This document shows positions 59,097-64,000 of a stretch of DNA of 64,000 nt, piece by piece. Position 1 is the stretch's first letter; each line of letters begins with the position of its first letter. This stretch comes from an uncultured Gammaproteobacteria bacterium (GTDB lineage: Bacteria > Patescibacteriota > Microgenomatia > UBA10105 > UBA927): assembly GCA_964553825.1 (NCBI GenBank), contig CAZKLT010000001.1, forward strand, positions 51,423 to 115,422, read 5' to 3'. Under the pieces are notes generated by a model. That model did not search any database. It was not told the DNA's origin and worked only from the letters and a program-made list of their open reading frames with translations. The translations under genes and the position numbers were made by a program.

Positions 59097-59501
59097 ATGG
59101 CAAAAGCTAAAACGACAAAAAAAGCCTCGGTAAAAGAAACGGAAGTAAAAAAATCAGCGAAAGCTGCAAAAGCCACAAAGCCTGCAAAGACGACGAAGGC
59201 CGCCAAAACGTCGAAAGTTGTGGAAGCAATGCTCGCCGCACCCAGTGAAGAGAAAAAAGAAGTGATCTCCCAATATCAGGTGAAAGATGGAGACACGGGG
59301 AGTCCCGAGGTCCAAGTCGCACTACTTACCAAACGTATTGAAAAACTGGTTTCACATCTGAAGACGAATCCTGCGGATAATCACTCACGAAGAGGGCTTC
59401 TGGGGATTGTCAGCAAAAGACGACGTCTTCTTAACTATCTGGAAAAGAAAGACACGAAACGATACAAGGGCATAACCCAGAAATTAGGCTTAGGTAAGTA
59501 A
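59097..59501 (+). CDS. rpsO: 30S ribosomal protein S15 with ~45-aa Lys/Ala-rich N-terminal extension
   Basis: C-terminal 89 aa ([19 protein letters not shown]...HSRRGLL...[11 protein letters not shown]) is canonical S15. The N-terminus [39 protein letters not shown] is a histone-H1-like tail. Confidence 0.85.
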   Translation: MAKAKTTKKASVKETEVKKSAKAAKATKPAKTTKAAKTSKVVEAMLAAPSEEKKEVISQYQVKDGDTGSPEVQVALLTKRIEKLVSHLKTNPADNHSRRGLLGIVSKRRRLLNYLEKKDTKRYKGITQKLGLGK

Positions 59502-59620
59502 ATACAAACGGTTCTAAGAAAGGAGCTTGGGCCGAGGAAGAAGTGTGATGTCATGAATTTTTGACGAATCAAGAATTCACGTGATCCCACTTCACCTCAC
59601 ATATCCCAAGAACGAACAAT

Positions 59621-61807
59621 ATGAAAAAACAATCCCTGGTGACGAAGTCACTTGAATTAAGTGGACGAACGCTGACGCTGGAAGTTGGCCGATTTGCAGA
59701 GCAGGCAAATGCCGCCGTGCTTGCCCGTTATGGGGACACCATGGTATTGGCAACAGCCGTAGCGTCTTCAAAGGAAACGACATTGGATTATTTCCCGTTA
59801 TCTGTGGAATACGTGGAACGGCTGTATGCCGGCGGACGCATTAAGGGATCCCGATGGGTGAAACGTGAAGGAAGACCCACTGATGATGCGGTTTTGGCTG
59901 GACGTGTTATTGATCGGTCAATCCGCCCGTTGTTCCCCAAGACATACAAACATGACGTACAGGTGATTATCACTGTTCTGTCTGTTGACGGAGTCAATGA
60001 TCCGGATGTGCTCGGATTGGTGGCGACATCAGCAGCGTTGGCCATATCATCCATTCCCTGGAAAGGTCCGGTGGCAGCGGTTCGCATGGGATACGTAAAA
60101 AATGCCAATGGAGATGGCGGCTCATATGTCGTCAATCCGACGATTTCGGAGCAGGAAATGAGTGATTTTGATTTTGTCGTTTCTTCGACAAAAGAAAAAG
60201 TTCTCATGCTTGAAGGTGGTTTCTGTGAGACGTCAGATGACGTGACCTATGAATCCATCCTGGTCGCCAAGGAAGCCAACGGAAAGATTATTAAACTTAT
60301 AGAGGATCTTGTTGCGGAAGTTGGCAAAACGAAAGAGGTTGCGCCGGAGCATGCGGCCGCCGATGAGCTGAAAGAGAAGATCGTCAAGGACTACAAGAAG
60401 GAAATGGAGCTTGCATTTGCAAAGAAAGCGGAAAAAGAATTTGGCGGTACTGAGGTTGCGGAGTTGGCCAAAGTAATCGCAGAAGCATATGGCACGGAAT
60501 ATACCGTTAAAGCGGTCGAAGAAGCGCTTGACGGATTATTTAAGAAGAAAGTACGGGAAAATATCCTTGAGGAAGGAAAACGTTTTGACGGTCGGAAAGT
60601 CGATGAAATTCGTTCATTGGAAGCAGCGGTTGGGATTTTACCCCGCACACATGGAAGTGCGATGTTTAAACGTGGACAAACACAGGTTTTGACTGTTGCA
60701 ACGCTTGGAACACCGTCACTGGAACAGCTCATTGAGAGTCCTGCCGGTGAAGAATCAAAGCGATACATCCATCACTACAGCATGCCTCCGTATTCGGTGG
60801 GTGAAACGGGAAGAGTCGGTACACCGAATCGGCGCGAAATCGGGCACGGTGCGTTAGCGGAGCGTGCACTTTTGGCGGTTATACCGTCAGAAACAGAATT
60901 TCCTTATACCATCCGATTGGTAAGCGAAGTGATGTCCAGCAATGGGTCGACCTCAATGGCTTCTACTTGTGGTTCGACGCTTGCGCTTATGGACGCCGGT
61001 GTTCCTATTCGGGAGCCTGTTGCCGGTATTTCGATCGGACTTATGACCGGACCGAAGAAGTATGTCCTTCTGACGGATATTTTGGGTATCGAGGATTTTG
61101 CCGGGGATATGGATTTTAAAGTGGCCGGAACGAAAAATGGCATAACCGCCATTCAGCTGGATGTCAAGATTGACGGACTGACGGATGAAATGATGAAGGA
61201 AACGTTCGTTCGAGCTCGGGAGGCACGGATGAAGATTCTTGAGAAAATGCTTTCAGTCATCCCATCATCCCGTGCATCATTGTCACAATATGCACCCAAG
61301 GTGCAGGTGGTGAAGATTCCGACCGAGAAAATTGGCGAAGTCATCGGTCCCGGAGGGAAGATGATCCGCAATATCATGGCATCGACGACGACAACAGTCG
61401 ACGTCGACGATGACGGATCAGTCGTTATTTCAGGAATGGACGACACTGCCGTCAAGAAAGCGGTTGATTGGGTGACCGGTCTTACCCGCGATGTGCAGGT
61501 TGGTGAAGAATTTGAGGGCGAAGTGAAACGGATACTCCCGTTCGGAGCGTTTGTTGAGATATTGCCCGGAAAAGAAGGCATGGTGCATGTTTCACAGATG
61601 TCGACAGAATATGTCAGCAAGCCAGAAGATGTGGTGAGTCTCGGACAGAAAGTGAAAGTCCGAGTCATGGAAATTGATGAACAGCGACGGGTGAACCTCT
61701 CCATGCTTTTCGGAGAGGACGCAAAAAAGGCACCGCCCCGTGAGCGCCGTGAAGGCGCCCCGGGTGGCGGCAGGCGTCCCTTCGACCGCGGACGAAGACG
61801 ATTTTAG
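59621..61807 (+). CDS. pnp: Polyribonucleotide nucleotidyltransferase (PNPase)
   Basis: Two RNase PH domains, KH (GPGGKMIRNI) and S1 domains. Full-length. Confidence 0.95.
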   Translation: MKKQSLVTKSLELSGRTLTLEVGRFAEQANAAVLARYGDTMVLATAVASSKETTLDYFPLSVEYVERLYAGGRIKGSRWVKREGRPTDDAVLAGRVIDRSIRPLFPKTYKHDVQVIITVLSVDGVNDPDVLGLVATSAALAISSIPWKGPVAAVRMGYVKNANGDGGSYVVNPTISEQEMSDFDFVVSSTKEKVLMLEGGFCETSDDVTYESILVAKEANGKIIKLIEDLVAEVGKTKEVAPEHAAADELKEKIVKDYKKEMELAFAKKAEKEFGGTEVAELAKVIAEAYGTEYTVKAVEEALDGLFKKKVRENILEEGKRFDGRKVDEIRSLEAAVGILPRTHGSAMFKRGQTQVLTVATLGTPSLEQLIESPAGEESKRYIHHYSMPPYSVGETGRVGTPNRREIGHGALAERALLAVIPSETEFPYTIRLVSEVMSSNGSTSMASTCGSTLALMDAGVPIREPVAGISIGLMTGPKKYVLLTDILGIEDFAGDMDFKVAGTKNGITAIQLDVKIDGLTDEMMKETFVRAREARMKILEKMLSVIPSSRASLSQYAPKVQVVKIPTEKIGEVIGPGGKMIRNIMASTTTTVDVDDDGSVVISGMDDTAVKKAVDWVTGLTRDVQVGEEFEGEVKRILPFGAFVEILPGKEGMVHVSQMSTEYVSKPEDVVSLGQKVKVRVMEIDEQRRVNLSMLFGEDAKKAPPRERREGAPGGGRRPFDRGRRRF

Positions 61808-61863
61808 TCGTCTCATCATCTGAGATATTTTCTTCGTTCTTCTAAGTAAGGTATGATGGATAT

Positions 61864-62973
61864 ATGTCCAAATTGACGGATGATGTTAACATGCTTCGCA
61901 CGAAAATTGCGGATGCAAAACTCCCGCCGGATCTCGAGTCGCGTGTTTTGGGTAGCCTGGAAGAAGCTCAGAGGCTTGAGAGTGATATCACAGCGAGAGT
62001 ACATATAGAGCAGATGCTGCGATATATCGACTGGATCGTTCACCTTCCCTGGAACATGCGGACGAAAGATGAGTTGGAATTGGGTCGGGCAAAGGAAATG
62101 CTTGAAAAAAATCACTATGGCTTACAGCCGGTGAAAGAGCGTATTCTTGAATATCTTGCCGTACTGAAACTTAATTCTGATCGATGGTTGGCCGAAGAGC
62201 AGGGGAAAGCCCGATCAGCTGATGTCGGAGCGGATGCTAAATTATCTCACGCAATGCTTGCACGCCGGGCGCCTATTCTGTGTCTTGTGGGACTGGTGGG
62301 TACCGGAAAAACGACACTCGCCAAATCCATAGCCCAGGCGATGGGCCGACGGTTTGTCCGTATTCCTTTCGGAGGAATGAGTGACGCGCTTGAATTGCGC
62401 GGCCAGTCGAGGGTCAGGCCGGACGCGGAAATTGGCCTTATTCTCAAGGGAATGCGATTTGCGGGATCACGAAATCCGGTTATTCTTTTGGATGAAATTG
62501 ACCGTGTGGCCGAGCATGCCCGGGGAGATATCATGGGTGTGTTGGTTGAGCTTTTGGATCCCGAGCAAAACGCAGCGTTCACCGATCATTACCTTGATTA
62601 TCCGTTCAATTTGTCAGAAGTTCTGTTTATTGCGACGGCCAATAATACGACACATATAGCCACTGCGGTATTGGATCGTCTTGAGCCTATTCAGATGCCT
62701 TCATATACGGATGAGGAAAAGACAAAAATTGCCAAGGATTACGTATTGCCGGAGCTTATGCGTGAATCTGGCTTGACAAGTGAAAATTTGACGATCGACG
62801 AAGCAGTGTGGCCCAAATTGGTGCGTCCACTCGGATTTGATGCAGGTATTCGTAGTCTTGAGCGGGGCATAAACAGTGTTTGTCGGAAAGTTGCACGCAT
62901 GATCGTAGAGGGAAAAACAAAAGCAGTGAAAATTGATGAATCTAATATAAAGGAGTTTATTGAAAGCTATTAA
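61864..62973 (+). CDS. Lon-like AAA+ ATPase module without a protease domain (and without the long Lon N-domain)
   Basis: HYGLQPVKERILEYLAV...PILCLVGLVGTGKTTLAKSIAQAMGRRFVRIPFGG...NPVILLDEIDRV...RGD...LVELLDPEQNAAFTDHYL...ATANN...LDRLEPIQMPSYTDEEKTKIAKDY...AGIRSLER parallels the Lon A-domain block for block. The ORF stops where the S16 protease domain would begin. Confidence 0.75.
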   Translation: MSKLTDDVNMLRTKIADAKLPPDLESRVLGSLEEAQRLESDITARVHIEQMLRYIDWIVHLPWNMRTKDELELGRAKEMLEKNHYGLQPVKERILEYLAVLKLNSDRWLAEEQGKARSADVGADAKLSHAMLARRAPILCLVGLVGTGKTTLAKSIAQAMGRRFVRIPFGGMSDALELRGQSRVRPDAEIGLILKGMRFAGSRNPVILLDEIDRVAEHARGDIMGVLVELLDPEQNAAFTDHYLDYPFNLSEVLFIATANNTTHIATAVLDRLEPIQMPSYTDEEKTKIAKDYVLPELMRESGLTSENLTIDEAVWPKLVRPLGFDAGIRSLERGINSVCRKVARMIVEGKTKAVKIDESNIKEFIESY

Positions 62974-64000
62974 CCCATTTTTAAAACGTATAAAACAAAA
63001 AGGCCAGATATTTACTGGCTCATCCCAAAGCGGAAAAGAATCAATCCGCCTTATCCCCCTGGGTGGCACGGGAAACGTCACGAAAAACATGTTTGTTTAT
63101 GAGTATCGGTATGACGGTGACTTGCGGGATATTCTCATCGTCGATTGTGGTATCGGTTTTCCTGATCCGGAGATGTTTGGTGTAGATCTTGTACTTCCCG
63201 ACGTGCGGTATCTCGAAAGTAAAAAGGATAAAATCAGAGGACTCGTGTTTACGCATGGTCATGACGACCATATCGGTGGTATTGCGCATATATATCCGAA
63301 ATTAGGAAAAGTTCCCATGTGGGGAACAACGCTTACTTCAGCATTTGCCAATATTAAATTGCGCGAACGGCTGCCAAAAGTAAAAGTAACACCGGTAAAG
63401 TTTGACCAGGTTCTTCGTATAGGACCATTTATCGTATCCTTTGCCCGGGTTACGCATTCGGTTCCGGACGCAGCCAATCTCATAATCGAGACACCGATAG
63501 GTATTTTTTATCACGGAAGCGATTTTAAGTTCGATTTCGATCCGTTGGACGGAAAATTGTCTGAGCTGGATAAAATTACCCAGACGGGGAAACGTGGCGT
63601 ACTGTGTATGCTTACCGATTGTCTGGGCAGTGAGCGGCCGGGATTTACCGCATCGGAGCAGATCGTAGGACAGACGCTTGAGAAGGAGTTATCGCTTGCC
63701 AGCGGGAAGTTTATTTTTACGACACAGTCGAGTAATATTTCCCGAATTCAGCGGGCGATCGAAATAGCGCTGAAGTACGGACGGAAAATTGCGATTTTCG
63801 GACGGAGTATGGACCAAAATATCGAAGAGGCACTTAAGCTCGGATATATGCACTTTCCCAGGGAAGCAATTATTCTTGACCGGGACTTGCGGCGTGTGCC
63901 CCGGACAAAGCAATTTCTGATCGTTGCGGGCGCACAGGGACAGGAAGGGTCAGCGTTGTCACGGATAGCCAACGATGATCACAAGTTCGTGAAGCTGGAA
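62960..64000 (+). CDS. rnj: Ribonuclease J (metallo-beta-lactamase/beta-CASP), 3'-truncated by window edge; start uncertain
   Basis: IRLIPLGGTGNVTKNMFVYEY, HGHDDHIGG (HxHxDH) and later beta-CASP-like motifs. No in-frame ATG before the beta-lactamase core. A TTG at 62960 sits 4 nt after AAGGAG. Not in the ORF track because there is no stop within the window. Confidence 0.7.
   Translation, partial: MKAINPFLKRIKQKGQIFTGSSQSGKESIRLIPLGGTGNVTKNMFVYEYRYDGDLRDILIVDCGIGFPDPEMFGVDLVLPDVRYLESKKDKIRGLVFTHGHDDHIGGIAHIYPKLGKVPMWGTTLTSAFANIKLRERLPKVKVTPVKFDQVLRIGPFIVSFARVTHSVPDAANLIIETPIGIFYHGSDFKFDFDPLDGKLSELDKITQTGKRGVLCMLTDCLGSERPGFTASEQIVGQTLEKELSLASGKFIFTTQSSNISRIQRAIEIALKYGRKIAIFGRSMDQNIEEALKLGYMHFPREAIILDRDLRRVPRTKQFLIVAGAQGQEGSALSRIANDDHKFVKLE

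Noticed and set aside
60391-61704. Minus-strand ORFs antisense to pnp (60391-60768, 61153-61704) and to dnaK (52575-53144)
   Set aside because: Shadow ORFs within strongly supported housekeeping genes, with no start-site signals.
61805-61830. AGACGA-TTTTAG-TCGTCT stem-loop at the pnp stop codon as a possible terminator
   Set aside because: Only a 6-bp AT-containing stem that straddles the stop codon and lacks an immediate U-tract. Too weak to call.

Overview
This 64 kb window is a densely packed bacterial chromosomal segment, about 90% coding on both strands. I found no CRISPR array, transposase, integrase or long repeat.

Recognisable housekeeping genes:
- A 5'-truncated class II (B12-dependent) ribonucleotide reductase, immediately followed by a PduO-type cobalamin adenosyltransferase.
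- Isopentenyl-diphosphate isomerase (idi), tRNA threonylcarbamoyltransferase (tsaD), the groES-groEL operon, methionyl-tRNA synthetase (metG), a TatD nuclease, RmuC, two UvrD-family helicases (one fused to a PD-(D/E)xK nuclease), triose-phosphate isomerase (tpiA) and ribosomal protein S20 (rpsT).
- A CIRCE-controlled hrcA-grpE-dnaK-dnaJ operon.
- A nusA-infB-DHH phosphoesterase-rpsO-pnp block, a Lon-like AAA+ protein and a 3'-truncated RNase J.
- One tRNA gene with anticodon UAU.

Cell-envelope content is prominent: a tandem FemAB pair, an LCP family protein, the lipid II flippase MurJ, a VanW-like protein, an M23 peptidase, a PEGA/SH3 protein, PilN/PilO homologues next to large Ig/FN3-type surface proteins, a secreted glycoside hydrolase, and a glycan-assembly cluster.

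The glycan cluster combines a decaprenyl-phosphate phosphoribosyltransferase homologue, a WecA/MraY-type transferase, a GT-C glycosyltransferase and a processive GT2 glycosyltransferase.

The most unusual region is 28.6-32.2 kb. It holds four consecutive exported or membrane proteins, three of which are predicted to begin their mature form with histidine (AxA|H). They surround an MsrQ/YedZ-like di-heme transmembrane domain fused to an extracytoplasmic His-motif domain. I read this as a candidate, uncharacterised copper-handling or reductive metal-acquisition system.

Other oddities are an orphan VirD4/TraG-like coupling ATPase flanked by unknown proteins and an ATP-grasp protein, a Lon homologue without a protease domain, a cysteine-rich extracytoplasmic protein, an S15 with a lysine/alanine-rich N-terminal tail, a short IF2 and a DnaJ without a zinc finger.

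Several features (short IF2, short HrcA, Zn-finger-less DnaJ, Gram-positive-like envelope genes) fit a reduced-genome lineage, but this window cannot establish that.

All calls rest on reading the supplied translations and recalling family motifs. No searches were run.
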